The notes beneath the pieces were generated by a model that saw only the letters and a list, made by a program, of their open reading frames with translations, was not told the origin of the DNA and did no database searches. The position numbers and the translations under genes were made by a program. This document shows positions 38,146 through 47,626 of a DNA stretch of 64,000 bases, in pieces (the stretch's first letter is position 1; each line of letters opens with the position of its first letter). The DNA comes from Minisyncoccia bacterium (lineage in GTDB: Bacteria; Patescibacteriota; Minisyncoccia; SW-4-49-11): contig JBIKVS010000004.1 of the NCBI GenBank assembly GCA_044356725.1, positions 1 to 64,000 of the forward strand, read 5' to 3'.

Positions 38146-38243
38146 AATATTGACAAAAGTTTCAAAATATGATATGTTTCTGTTTGTCCAGGCTCTAAAG
38201 TAATTTAGAGTCAAATTTTCTCTACCCTGAGGAGGGTTTTATG
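38146..38243 (+). promoter_or_regulatory. Conserved promoter + hairpin leader + RBS, copy 2
   Basis: TTGACA-17-TATGTT, GGCTCTAAA-GTAA-TTTAGAGTC, GAGGAGG. Confidence 0.85.
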
Positions 38244-38603
38244 TTGAATGTTCATTCGGCTGCATCAGCTGCAGAATTTTTTGTAGTAGATAGAATAACT
38301 GGGAAAGCTAGAATATATGACTTATCTTGTAAAGAGACTAAGGAAACAAGAATATTTTGGCTTCAAACTAGTCCTCTGAAAACAGAGTATATAGTTCTAT
38401 TTTGCGATGTAACTTTAGACAATGGCAGAACAATTTCAGGTGGTGGTGAAATATCTATTATAAAAGAAGAGTTTGATAAACTCGAAATTAATGATAATGT
38501 AGAAATAGGATTTGAGATACGTCAGAATTTCGGAGAACCTAGGAAATTATACCCACTTACATTAAAGTTTATAGATAGAGAAGGAGCTCTCGATCTTTCT
38601 TGA
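38241..38603 (+). CDS. Orphan beta-rich hypothetical protein (cassette 2)
   Basis: 120-aa ORF with no visible similarity to cassette 1, same flanks. Confidence 0.75.
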   Translation: MLNVHSAASAAEFFVVDRITGKARIYDLSCKETKETRIFWLQTSPLKTEYIVLFCDVTLDNGRTISGGGEISIIKEEFDKLEINDNVEIGFEIRQNFGEPRKLYPLTLKFIDREGALDLS

Positions 38604-38606
38604 TTA

Positions 38607-38656
38607 CCCCCCCCCCCCCGCGTGCGATGCGGGGGTTTTTATTTTCGACTATTTAT
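38607..38656 (+). terminator. Intrinsic terminator, copy 2, with expanded poly-C
   Basis: C13 tract leading into the same hairpin and tail as copy 1. Confidence 0.85.
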
Positions 38657-38705
38657 CTATAATTTGGTATAATAAATATACTTCAAATTAAGAAAATATA
38701 CTGTT

Positions 38706-41261
38706 ATGCCCTCGCCGATGATGACTCAGTTTTATGAAATCAAAAAATCTTATCCGAATGATATTTTGTTTTTCCGCCTTGGGGACTTTTATGAAATGTT
38801 TGCAGAGGATGCGAAGTTAGCAGCTCCAATACTGGATTTAGTGCTAACAGCAAGAAAGAATACAGTAGATGGTAGTATTCCAATGTGTGGGGTACCTTAT
38901 CATTCATCTACTCAATATATTCAAAAACTAATCAAAGCTGGACATTCCGTAGCTTTATGCGAACAACAAGGATCAGCTCAAGATACTAAAGGTTTAGTCA
39001 CTAGAAAGGTGGTAAAAGTCATTACTCCGGGGACAGCCTTATTTGAGACTGAGACAAGTGAATCAAGATATATAGCTAGTATTTATAAACAGAAAGATAT
39101 TATATATATCGCTTTTGCTGACTTAGGGACTGGAATTTTTGAAGTGGGGGAATTTAGTTCTCAAGAATTAAAAGATATTTTAAGTTCAAGACAAGTCAAA
39201 GAAATTATATTGCCACAAAATAGTGATTTGAGTGAAGAATTAAAAGATTTGGGTATAAAATTAAGTATAGAGTCAAAGTGGAACTTTCAATTAGAGCGGT
39301 CTATTGAGACTTTGACTAAACATTTTGGAGTTACTAGTATGTCCGGATTCGGTTTTGAAATTGATGATTTACGGTTAGCCCCAGCAGGAGCTTTACTTAA
39401 TTATCTTATTTATACTCAACAAGAGGATTTGAAGCATATTACAAAATTGCAAAGCATGAAGTTATCTCGATATATGCGATTAGATGCCCAAACCATTCAA
39501 AATTTAGAGTTGTTTTATCTATCAAGAGCTAGTCAAAAGGGAAAAAGTTTTTATCAAGCTATTAATTATACTAGAAATCCTCTGGGATCTAGAATGTTGA
39601 AAAACTGGATATTAGCTCCATTATTAGATATTAAGTCAATTCAAACTCGTCAGAATCATATACAAAATTATATTCAAAACCCTAGTAAAATTGACCAAAT
39701 TAGAGATTTATTAGCTCAAATTGCTGATATTGAGAGACTATTAGCTAGACTTTCTAGTAATGTCGGCGGACCTAGAGATATGTTATTATTATCCAAAAGT
39801 TTTGAATATATTATTAAAGTTTTAGAGATTGATAATGAGGATTATATAAAGTCTGCTATAAAGGCTTTGAGTCAATTAAACCCTCTACAACAAGAATTGC
39901 AAAAAGCTCTACAAGAAAATGTTCCAATATTAGCTCGGGATGGTGGATTCGTGGCCAAAGGTTATAGAGCAGAAATTGATGAGTTACTAGATTTAAGTCA
40001 AGGAGGTAAGGAGTGGCTACTAGAATTACAAACCAAAGAACAAGCGAGAACCGGGATTAATTCTCTTAAAGTTAAGTATAATAAGGTCTTTGGATATTAT
40101 ATAGAAATTAGCAATGCTCATAAGAATCAGGTTTTACCAGACAATTATATCAAAAAGCAAACTTTAGCTAATGCAGAGCGATATATTACTCCTGAATTAA
40201 AAGAATTTGAGGAAAAGATATTAAGTTCAGAGTCTCAACTATTAAATTTAGAACAAATAGTTTTTGAAGAATTAAGACAAGCTATTATAGCCGAGGCGGA
40301 ACAAATTTATACTATTGCTGAGACTTTAGCCTATATTGATTGTATACAAGCTGGGGCCAAATTAGCCCTAGATTGGAATTATATAAAGCCTATAATTACT
40401 AAAAAATCTAAATTATATATAGAGGCCGGCCGACATCCAGTTTTGGAGCAGTTAATTACAGATTATATACCTAATAATTGTAAACTCACCGAACCAAATC
40501 ACTCTCTAATGTTAATTACAGGTCCTAATATGGGAGGTAAATCTACTTATATTAGGCAAGTAGCTTTGATTGTGCTTCTAGCTCAAATTGGATACTATGT
40601 CCCAGCTATTGAGGCTGAGATTGGAATAGTGGATAGAATTTTTACTCGAGTAGGAGCTTCGGATAATATGAGTGAGGGACAAAGTACTTTTATGGTGGAA
40701 ATGCTTGAAGTTGCAAATATTTTGCATAATGCTACCAAATCTAGTTTGGTTATTTTAGATGAAGTCGGTAGAGGCACTTCTACTTATGATGGGATGAGTA
40801 TAGCCAAGGCTTTGATTGAATATATTCATAATACAATTGGAGCTAGAACTCTATTTGCGACTCATTATCACGAATTATTAAATTTGGAAGCAGAATTAGA
40901 GGGAGTGGTGAATTATCAGGTTTTAATTCAAGACTCTGAGGATGATATTATTTTCCTACATCGTATTGAACAAGGTGGAGCTGATAAAAGCTATGGAATT
41001 GCCATTGCTAAATTAGCAGGATTTCCAATAGATGTGCTAGAATTAGCTAAAGGAGCACTTATTCAATATGAACAAAAAAAGTCTCAATTATCTTTTTTAC
41101 CAACAAATAATCTAAAATCGCCTCAAGATCCAGCAATAAACCCAAAAATTGAGAAATACAATAATTTATTACAAAATCTGCACTCTTATAATTTGAATAA
41201 TTTAACTCCGATGCAGGCATTATCTATATTAGATGACTTACAAAAGAATAATCCACTATGA
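38706..41261 (+). CDS. mutS: DNA mismatch repair protein MutS
   Basis: FFRLGDFYEMF, MCGVPYH, TGPNMGGKST, DEVGRGTST, FATHYHEL. Confidence 0.98.
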   Translation: MPSPMMTQFYEIKKSYPNDILFFRLGDFYEMFAEDAKLAAPILDLVLTARKNTVDGSIPMCGVPYHSSTQYIQKLIKAGHSVALCEQQGSAQDTKGLVTRKVVKVITPGTALFETETSESRYIASIYKQKDIIYIAFADLGTGIFEVGEFSSQELKDILSSRQVKEIILPQNSDLSEELKDLGIKLSIESKWNFQLERSIETLTKHFGVTSMSGFGFEIDDLRLAPAGALLNYLIYTQQEDLKHITKLQSMKLSRYMRLDAQTIQNLELFYLSRASQKGKSFYQAINYTRNPLGSRMLKNWILAPLLDIKSIQTRQNHIQNYIQNPSKIDQIRDLLAQIADIERLLARLSSNVGGPRDMLLLSKSFEYIIKVLEIDNEDYIKSAIKALSQLNPLQQELQKALQENVPILARDGGFVAKGYRAEIDELLDLSQGGKEWLLELQTKEQARTGINSLKVKYNKVFGYYIEISNAHKNQVLPDNYIKKQTLANAERYITPELKEFEEKILSSESQLLNLEQIVFEELRQAIIAEAEQIYTIAETLAYIDCIQAGAKLALDWNYIKPIITKKSKLYIEAGRHPVLEQLITDYIPNNCKLTEPNHSLMLITGPNMGGKSTYIRQVALIVLLAQIGYYVPAIEAEIGIVDRIFTRVGASDNMSEGQSTFMVEMLEVANILHNATKSSLVILDEVGRGTSTYDGMSIAKALIEYIHNTIGARTLFATHYHELLNLEAELEGVVNYQVLIQDSEDDIIFLHRIEQGGADKSYGIAIAKLAGFPIDVLELAKGALIQYEQKKSQLSFLPTNNLKSPQDPAINPKIEKYNNLLQNLHSYNLNNLTPMQALSILDDLQKNNPL

Positions 41262-43033
41262 TACAATTATTACCCAAGAATATTATCAATCAAATTGCTG
41301 CCGGTGAAGTAGTCGAGAGACCAGCCTCTATTGTCAAAGAATTATTAGAAAATTCTATAGATGCCGGCGCTACTGAAATTAAAATTGAAATTCTAGATGC
41401 TGGATTAACCGAAATATCAATTCAAGACAATGGTTCTGGGATTGATAAGGCTGATTTTGAAAATTTATTCAAAAGGCATGCTACCAGTAAAATCGAGAAA
41501 ATTGAGGACTTACATAGCTTGTCTACTATGGGTTTTCGAGGAGAGGCTTTATCTAGTATTCAAGCCGTAGCTCAGGTAGAACTTATCACTAAGACTGAAT
41601 CAGATAAGACAGGTTATTATTATAATCCCCATACTACTGAAATTAAAGCAATAGCTAAGTCTAATACAGGGACAACTATCACTATTAGAAATCTATTCTA
41701 TAATGTGCCTGCCCGTAAAAAATTCCTCAAAAGCAATACCACCGAACTCTCACATATTACCAAAATTATTGAAGAAATTGCTCTAGTAAATCCAGATATA
41801 GCTTTTATTTATAAATCTCAAAATAGAGAACTTATCAATGTTAAGACAAGTGATTTATTAACCAGAACAGTGAACATACTCAAAGTCCAAGAGCCAGATT
41901 ATTTATTATTAGTCGATTCTCAAAAGCATAATATCAAGGCTATCGGGTATATTGGACATCCTAGAATTTCTAAAAAATCACCCCAATATCATATTTTTAT
42001 CAATAATCGCCCGGTTATACAGCCTCTCATCAATAAAGCTATTCAACAAGGTTTTGACACTATGCTAGAAGTCGGTCATTATCCTTTTGCTTTTGTGTCT
42101 ATTTTTATCCCGCCACAAGAACTCGATGTTAATGTACATCCAAGAAAAACCGAAGTCAAATTCACTGACGATAGAGCTATATTTCAAAGTATCAAATATT
42201 TAATCAGAGACACCTTACAGCAGTCGGCTTTTGAAGTTATTTTAAAACCACAAAACAGTAAACAAGAGACATCTCAAATTAGTCCAAGTTTTAATAGCAA
42301 TAACCCTAAAAACTATAATTTTAAGCCATATAATCAGACTTATAATAGCAACACTAAATCTACAATAGCGGAACCCAATTTTGCTCAATATACTCCTAAA
42401 CAAATCCTAAAAGCTCAATATAACTTCCACAACATACAGCCAAATTTCAGGGAATTATTAGAAGCTGAGACTGAAAAACCTAATTTTCTACATATTTTTG
42501 ACACCTATGTAGTATATCCTAATCAAAAAGGGATAATGATTTTAGACCAACATGCTGTACATGAGAAAGTGATTTTAGAGCAATTAATAAATCAAGCAGA
42601 TACGGTTAAATCACAACCTTTATTATTTCCATTAGCTATCAGTGTACCACAATCACAAAAAGATTTTACAATAGAGGTATTAACTCAACTCCCAGGTTTC
42701 GAAGCAGATGATTTTGGAGCTAATGAGATTATAATAAGAGCCTTACCGACATTCTTAGCCAAAACTCAAAAGGCAGAAGAGCATATACATACCCTAATTG
42801 CTCAAATTCAAGACAGAGGTCATACTATAGAATTATCTGAATTAAGAATAGAATTATTGAAAACCATAGCTTGTAAATCGGCTATCAAAGCTGGTTATAG
42901 TATGACAAAATCAGAAATAGAGGCCTTAATAAAAGATGCAGCTAAGACTGACTTTGGATTTGCCTGCTGTCATGGGCGGCCAACTATGGTACAATTAGAT
43001 CAGGATTGGTTTGAAAAACAGTTCTCAAGATAA
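41258..43033 (+). CDS. mutL: DNA mismatch repair protein MutL
   Basis: IAAGEVVERPAS, GFRGEAL, DVNVHPRK, DQHAVHEK endonuclease motif, ACK, CCHGRP. Confidence 0.98.
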   Translation: MIQLLPKNIINQIAAGEVVERPASIVKELLENSIDAGATEIKIEILDAGLTEISIQDNGSGIDKADFENLFKRHATSKIEKIEDLHSLSTMGFRGEALSSIQAVAQVELITKTESDKTGYYYNPHTTEIKAIAKSNTGTTITIRNLFYNVPARKKFLKSNTTELSHITKIIEEIALVNPDIAFIYKSQNRELINVKTSDLLTRTVNILKVQEPDYLLLVDSQKHNIKAIGYIGHPRISKKSPQYHIFINNRPVIQPLINKAIQQGFDTMLEVGHYPFAFVSIFIPPQELDVNVHPRKTEVKFTDDRAIFQSIKYLIRDTLQQSAFEVILKPQNSKQETSQISPSFNSNNPKNYNFKPYNQTYNSNTKSTIAEPNFAQYTPKQILKAQYNFHNIQPNFRELLEAETEKPNFLHIFDTYVVYPNQKGIMILDQHAVHEKVILEQLINQADTVKSQPLLFPLAISVPQSQKDFTIEVLTQLPGFEADDFGANEIIIRALPTFLAKTQKAEEHIHTLIAQIQDRGHTIELSELRIELLKTIACKSAIKAGYSMTKSEIEALIKDAAKTDFGFACCHGRPTMVQLDQDWFEKQFSR

Positions 43034-43043
43034 TATAAAATAT

Positions 43044-43979
43044 ATGCAGAATCAAAAAACAGTATTAATAGAAGTCGGTATAAGTGCTTTACTTTGGATC
43101 ACTATTGTGATGATATTAAATTCAGTACTTGGCAGTATACCCACTCTATTAGGAGGTATATTGGCAGGACTTTTAGGGATAATATATATTTCAACACTAT
43201 CATTATATGTCTGTATTGAAGATACTCCGAAGCATATTGTACAATTTATACTTTTACAAATTTTACCATTAATTTTTATAGGTCTTTGGTTTGACCTAAT
43301 GACAGCCTTAATTATAGTATTTACATTAATCCTAGGGATACAAACATTATTCAAGACTATTAAAGATATGAATGAAAGTGCCAGTGACCATATCAGATTT
43401 AGGGTAAAGACTATCGTGCTACCACATACCAAAAGGATGATTATATGGTTAATGCTCTTAACCTCAGTCTTTATCTACGGGAACACTATTAGAACCAATC
43501 CTAATGGTATTTTGCTCGAAGAATCTTTTGTAGGCAATCAAATTCAAGCCTGGCTTCCTATTGTTCAAGAAATTGCTCCAGACTTTGACCCTAATATCTC
43601 AGTTGGAAATTATGTCTCCGAGCAATTAGACTCCCAGATAGAATCTCAAAATCTAGATACAAGGCTAATTAATAGAGATACAGCTATTCAAAATCAAATC
43701 AGCACTCTATCCAATAGATTCCAAATCCCTATTAATCGAGACACCCCAATCATTCAAGCTTTTATCACTTATATTAATAAATTTATTTCTCCTTGGATGA
43801 GTGGTCCACTTTGGGGAATTATAGTCTCCTTGATAGTATTTTTGACCTTTTTACCATTTGTGTGGGTATTCCAAATAGGAATTAGACTTATTACAAATTT
43901 GATAAAATATTGGAGCATTAAAACTAATTTAGTTAAATTGAATGTTAAAAGCACTGAGAAAGAGAGATTGAGGTTGTAG
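43044..43979 (+). CDS. Polytopic membrane hypothetical protein
   Basis: Several TM helices with one soluble loop; follows mutL closely. Confidence 0.75.
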   Translation: MQNQKTVLIEVGISALLWITIVMILNSVLGSIPTLLGGILAGLLGIIYISTLSLYVCIEDTPKHIVQFILLQILPLIFIGLWFDLMTALIIVFTLILGIQTLFKTIKDMNESASDHIRFRVKTIVLPHTKRMIIWLMLLTSVFIYGNTIRTNPNGILLEESFVGNQIQAWLPIVQEIAPDFDPNISVGNYVSEQLDSQIESQNLDTRLINRDTAIQNQISTLSNRFQIPINRDTPIIQAFITYINKFISPWMSGPLWGIIVSLIVFLTFLPFVWVFQIGIRLITNLIKYWSIKTNLVKLNVKSTEKERLRL

Positions 43980-43996
43980 TTAGTGAATTGAATTAA

Positions 43997-44104
43997 AATT
44001 CCCCTCTCTTCCTACGGTTTACCTACCGCAGGCAGGGAGATAAATTGAGGGGTGCCCATAGGGCAAGGTGGAAAAACCAGGCGACTGAAAGGTCGCCCCT
44101 ACGA
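43997..44104. repeat. Family B element with nested insert plus family C REP
   Basis: TTCCCCTCTC[TTCCTACGGTTTACCTACCGCAGGCAGGGAGATAAA]TTGAGGGGTG; GGCGACTGAAAGGTCGCCCCTAC. Confidence 0.7.
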
Positions 44105-44190
44105 GAACTATGAACTAAAATGAGGAATATATTATAGACAAAAGTGGGGAAATATGCTATTGTCTAGGAGTTCCCTCAAACCATCAGGCT

Positions 44191-44481
44191 ATGACCATGT
44201 CACAAACTGATAAAGATAGAGCTTTGCAAGAGGCAAGAGGTGCCTACCAGGATTCTGACGGAGCTCTCGTGGCTCTTGCTGCTGCTGCCAAAGAGTATCA
44301 GGACATTTTTGCCCTTACCAGGCACCCCAACTTTAAGGATAGTGTCATGACAGGAGAGGTTTTCGCTGATCTGACCCAGGCTAGGCGAAAAATGAAGGAG
44401 GCTTTTGATGAAGTCTCTCGCACAGAAACAGCTCTTTTTAAGCAAGTTGCTAGTCTTCTTGCACCGGCATCGGGTGATTGA
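44191..44481 (+). CDS. Orphan helical protein, GC-richer than host, stand-alone unit
   Basis: TAGACA(44135)-17-TATTGT, AGGAG upstream, terminator CCCGA..TCGGGTTTTTTT at about 44508-44538. Confidence 0.6.
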   Translation: MTMSQTDKDRALQEARGAYQDSDGALVALAAAAKEYQDIFALTRHPNFKDSVMTGEVFADLTQARRKMKEAFDEVSRTETALFKQVASLLAPASGD

Positions 44482-44617
44482 ATCAATCTTCACCTCCACG
44501 CCCTCCCCCCCGACCGTTTCGCGGCTCGGGTTTTTTTTACATCAAAATAGCACTCTGTACAGATTAGTGCTAATATTGTATAATATTTGGTATAAAACAA
44601 TTTTAGATATCAAGTCA

Positions 44618-45721
44618 ATGGCAAAAGATTATTATCAAATACTAGGAGTGTCCAAAGATGCTAATGAGGCGGAGATCAAAAAGGCCTATCGTAAATTAGC
44701 TCATCAATATCACCCAGATAAAAAAGGAGGAGATGAAGCTAAGTTCAAAGAAATTAATGAGGCTTATCAGACTCTGAGTGATCCTCAAAAACGACAACAA
44801 TATAATCAATTTGGGTCTAATTATCAGCAAGCAGGTGGAGGTGCTGGAGGTTTCTCTGGATTTAGTGGAGGACAGGGATTTTCTTTTGACGATATTTTTG
44901 GGCAGAGTGGATTTTCTTTTGGAGGAGGAGGTTTTGAGGATGTTTTCTCAGATGTTTTTGGTGGTGGAAGCTCAAGAGGTGGTTCTAGAAGGCAGTCAAG
45001 AGGTAGGGATATTGAGCTTGCCGTAGATATAACTTTAGAAGAAGCTTATGCGGGAATATCTAAAACTATAGATTTAGAACTTAATTCTACTTGTGATGTT
45101 TGTGATGGAACTGGTGCTCAGAATAAAACCACCAAACAATGTCCCACTTGTAATGGGAATGGTTATATAGATCAGCAAGTCAGAACTATGCTCGGGACAT
45201 TTAATCAAAGAGCCACTTGTGGCACTTGTCAGGGACGTGGTGTAATTCCAGAATCTAATTGTAAAGCTTGTCAAGGAACAGGTGTCAAGCGACAGAAGAA
45301 ATCTATCAAAATTGAGATTCCAAAAGGAATTGCTAATGGCCAAACTTTAGAAATGCGAGGAGAAGGAGAAGCAGCCCCATTTGGTGGAGCTAATGGAAAT
45401 ATATATATTCATATCAAAGTCAAGCCACATAAAAGATTTGAAAGACGAGGTGATGATATTCATTTAACTCAAGATATAGTCTATACCACAGCTGTATTAG
45501 GTGGAAATGTAGACATAGACACTTTAGCTGGAGAATTAAATTTAAAAATTCCAAAACATACCCAATCAGGAGAAATATTCAGACTTCGAGAAAAAGGTAT
45601 GCCTCATTTACAAGGTAGAGGCTATGGAGATATGTATGTCACAGTCAGAATTACCACCCCAAAGCATATTTCTCGCCGAGCTCAGCAATTACTAAAAGAT
45701 TTGCAATTTGAAGGAATGTGA
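44618..45721 (+). CDS. dnaJ: Chaperone DnaJ
   Basis: MAKDYYQILGV, HPD motif, G/F-rich linker, four CxxCxGxG repeats; true start 44618. Confidence 0.97.
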   Translation: MAKDYYQILGVSKDANEAEIKKAYRKLAHQYHPDKKGGDEAKFKEINEAYQTLSDPQKRQQYNQFGSNYQQAGGGAGGFSGFSGGQGFSFDDIFGQSGFSFGGGGFEDVFSDVFGGGSSRGGSRRQSRGRDIELAVDITLEEAYAGISKTIDLELNSTCDVCDGTGAQNKTTKQCPTCNGNGYIDQQVRTMLGTFNQRATCGTCQGRGVIPESNCKACQGTGVKRQKKSIKIEIPKGIANGQTLEMRGEGEAAPFGGANGNIYIHIKVKPHKRFERRGDDIHLTQDIVYTTAVLGGNVDIDTLAGELNLKIPKHTQSGEIFRLREKGMPHLQGRGYGDMYVTVRITTPKHISRRAQQLLKDLQFEGM

Positions 45722-45755
45722 TATAATATAAAAATATAGTTTTAAATATAAAAAT

Positions 45756-46277
45756 ATGGATGCATTAGAACCTCTATTTGGCAAAGTAACTCCTAGCTCA
45801 ATTTCGGGAGACTTATTTATTAGTATAGTTTTAATTTTAGGCTTATCTTTTTATATTTATAAAAAAGGAGTAAAAGATATCTTTATTCTAGCCATTGCTT
45901 TGTATATTGCCCAAGTTTTATCCACCGTTTATCCCTGGGAGATTTCTAATATAGGAAGTTTTCCAGGAGACGGGGCATTGTTTTTAGTATTAACTTTGAT
46001 TATAAACTGGGCATTACAAAGCTCAGCCATAGCCTCCAACCTCAGCATTGCCAAAAAACCACTGTGGCGAAATTTATTGTTCGGAGTCTCAGTAGTTGGA
46101 TTATTATTAGTCAATGTCTTAAGTGTGATCAAAACTCAAGATAAATCAGTTCTAAACATTATTGAACAATCTTTATTCAGTAAAGAATCATTTCAAATTT
46201 TTTGGACTATTTCTCCATTATTATTTTTCCCATTTCTTAAAGCTACAGCTAAAAAGTCTAGCTCCAAATCCAAATGA
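45756..46277 (+). CDS. Membrane hypothetical protein
   Basis: About five hydrophobic helices; stop overlaps nrdR start. Confidence 0.7.
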   Translation: MDALEPLFGKVTPSSISGDLFISIVLILGLSFYIYKKGVKDIFILAIALYIAQVLSTVYPWEISNIGSFPGDGALFLVLTLIINWALQSSAIASNLSIAKKPLWRNLLFGVSVVGLLLVNVLSVIKTQDKSVLNIIEQSLFSKESFQIFWTISPLLFFPFLKATAKKSSSKSK

Positions 46278-46726
46278 AATGCCCACAATGTTCCAATATA
46301 GATACTAGAATTACTGACTCCAGATTGTCTCGGGATGATATGATAGTCAGACGAAGACGAATTTGTGAAAAATGCCAGTATAGATTTACCACCGCTGAGA
46401 CCAGAGAAGTCTTAGATGTGATGGTAGTAAAAAAATCTGGCATTAAAGAGAGATATAGCACAGATAAATTGCTAAAGGCCGTATCTATATCATTACACAA
46501 AAGACCATTTACTCAAGATAAAATTAGAGATTTTATAATAAAACTAGAAGTAGATTTATTCAAAAAAGATCCAAAAGAAATCTCTACCAAGCAAATTGGA
46601 GACACAGTATTAAAGCATCTTAAAGTTTTTGACGAAGTAGCCTATATTAGATTTGCTTCTATTTATCGCGACTTTAGAACTATCAAAGGATTTAGACACG
46701 AAATAGACAAATTATCACAAGATTAA
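46274..46726 (+). CDS. nrdR: Transcriptional repressor NrdR
   Basis: MKCPQC..DSR..RRRRICEKC.YRFTT.E, ATP-cone, VAYIRFASIYRDF. Confidence 0.97.
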   Translation: MKCPQCSNIDTRITDSRLSRDDMIVRRRRICEKCQYRFTTAETREVLDVMVVKKSGIKERYSTDKLLKAVSISLHKRPFTQDKIRDFIIKLEVDLFKKDPKEISTKQIGDTVLKHLKVFDEVAYIRFASIYRDFRTIKGFRHEIDKLSQD

Positions 46727-46736
46727 ATTAATCAAT

Positions 46737-47465
46737 TTACATTTGATTATAAAGTCTCAGGATGGTATTAGTATCATCATAAGCGACTAATTCACCTTTA
46801 TGTAGCAAAATACATTTATTACAATGTTGTTGAATCTCATCCATATTATGGCTAACAATAATAGCGGTTTTACCCATTTGTTTTAATCTTTGGAGGCGAT
46901 TATTAACTTTGGCTTGAAAATTAGCATCAGTAGTAGCTGGAATTTCATCAAACAGATAAATATCAGCATTAATATTGAGAATTAAACCTAAAATTAACCT
47001 AGTTTTCATCCCAGTAGATAAAAATTTTATCTTTTGAGAGGTAAAGTCATGTAATTCTGAAAAATTAATAATATTCTGATAAATTTTATTAATATCCTCT
47101 CTTGGCAATCCAACCTGCAAAGCTTTCACTAGAACAGCATCCTCAGCTCTACCTTCAGGATGCAGCATTTCATCAGGCCCAAAGAAGGGTAAAACCGAAC
47201 CCTCCACTGTTACCTGTCCTTGGTCAGGAGTATGAATACCAGCTAATAACTTCAAAAAAGTGCTCTTCCCACTACCATTTTTACCAATAATACCAATCCA
47301 CTCACCCTGATTTATATCCAAAGTAATATCTTTTAATACAGGATTAGCTGTGGTTTTAAAAGATTGAAAACCGTCCATTTGACCTCCAGAACGACTATTA
47401 TTCTTACTCTGTAAGTTAAAATATTTAGAAACACTATCTATCTGAATTAATTTTTTTGTAGCCAT
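46737..47465 (-). CDS. Polysaccharide-export-type ABC transporter ATP-binding protein (Wzt/TagH-like)
   Basis: GKNGSGKST, LSTGMKTRL signature, LFDE, VSH. Confidence 0.85.
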   Translation of the reverse strand: MATKKLIQIDSVSKYFNLQSKNNSRSGGQMDGFQSFKTTANPVLKDITLDINQGEWIGIIGKNGSGKSTFLKLLAGIHTPDQGQVTVEGSVLPFFGPDEMLHPEGRAEDAVLVKALQVGLPREDINKIYQNIINFSELHDFTSQKIKFLSTGMKTRLILGLILNINADIYLFDEIPATTDANFQAKVNNRLQRLKQMGKTAIIVSHNMDEIQQHCNKCILLHKGELVAYDDTNTILRLYNQM

Positions 47466-47626
47466 ATTTAATAATTGTATACAATATTGTATTTATTATA
47501 AAGAATTTAGATAAAAAAAGCAAGGAAAAGAAAAAATACTTCAACATATTTGAAGATCTAATTAATATCTTTTTAATAATATGAGTGGAAAAAAGGGGAG
47601 GATTTATAGTAGACTTGAATTAGGTG

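Noticed and set aside
37466-38656. Classical integron cassette array
   Set aside because: No intI in the window, no evident attC with RYYYAAC/GTTRRRY ends, and each unit has its own promoter
44405-44617. N-terminal extension of DnaJ (similarly RsmA 14135-14239 and NUDIX 26437-26481)
   Set aside because: Extensions run through a terminator, repeats or a tRNA; family-typical starts lie downstream
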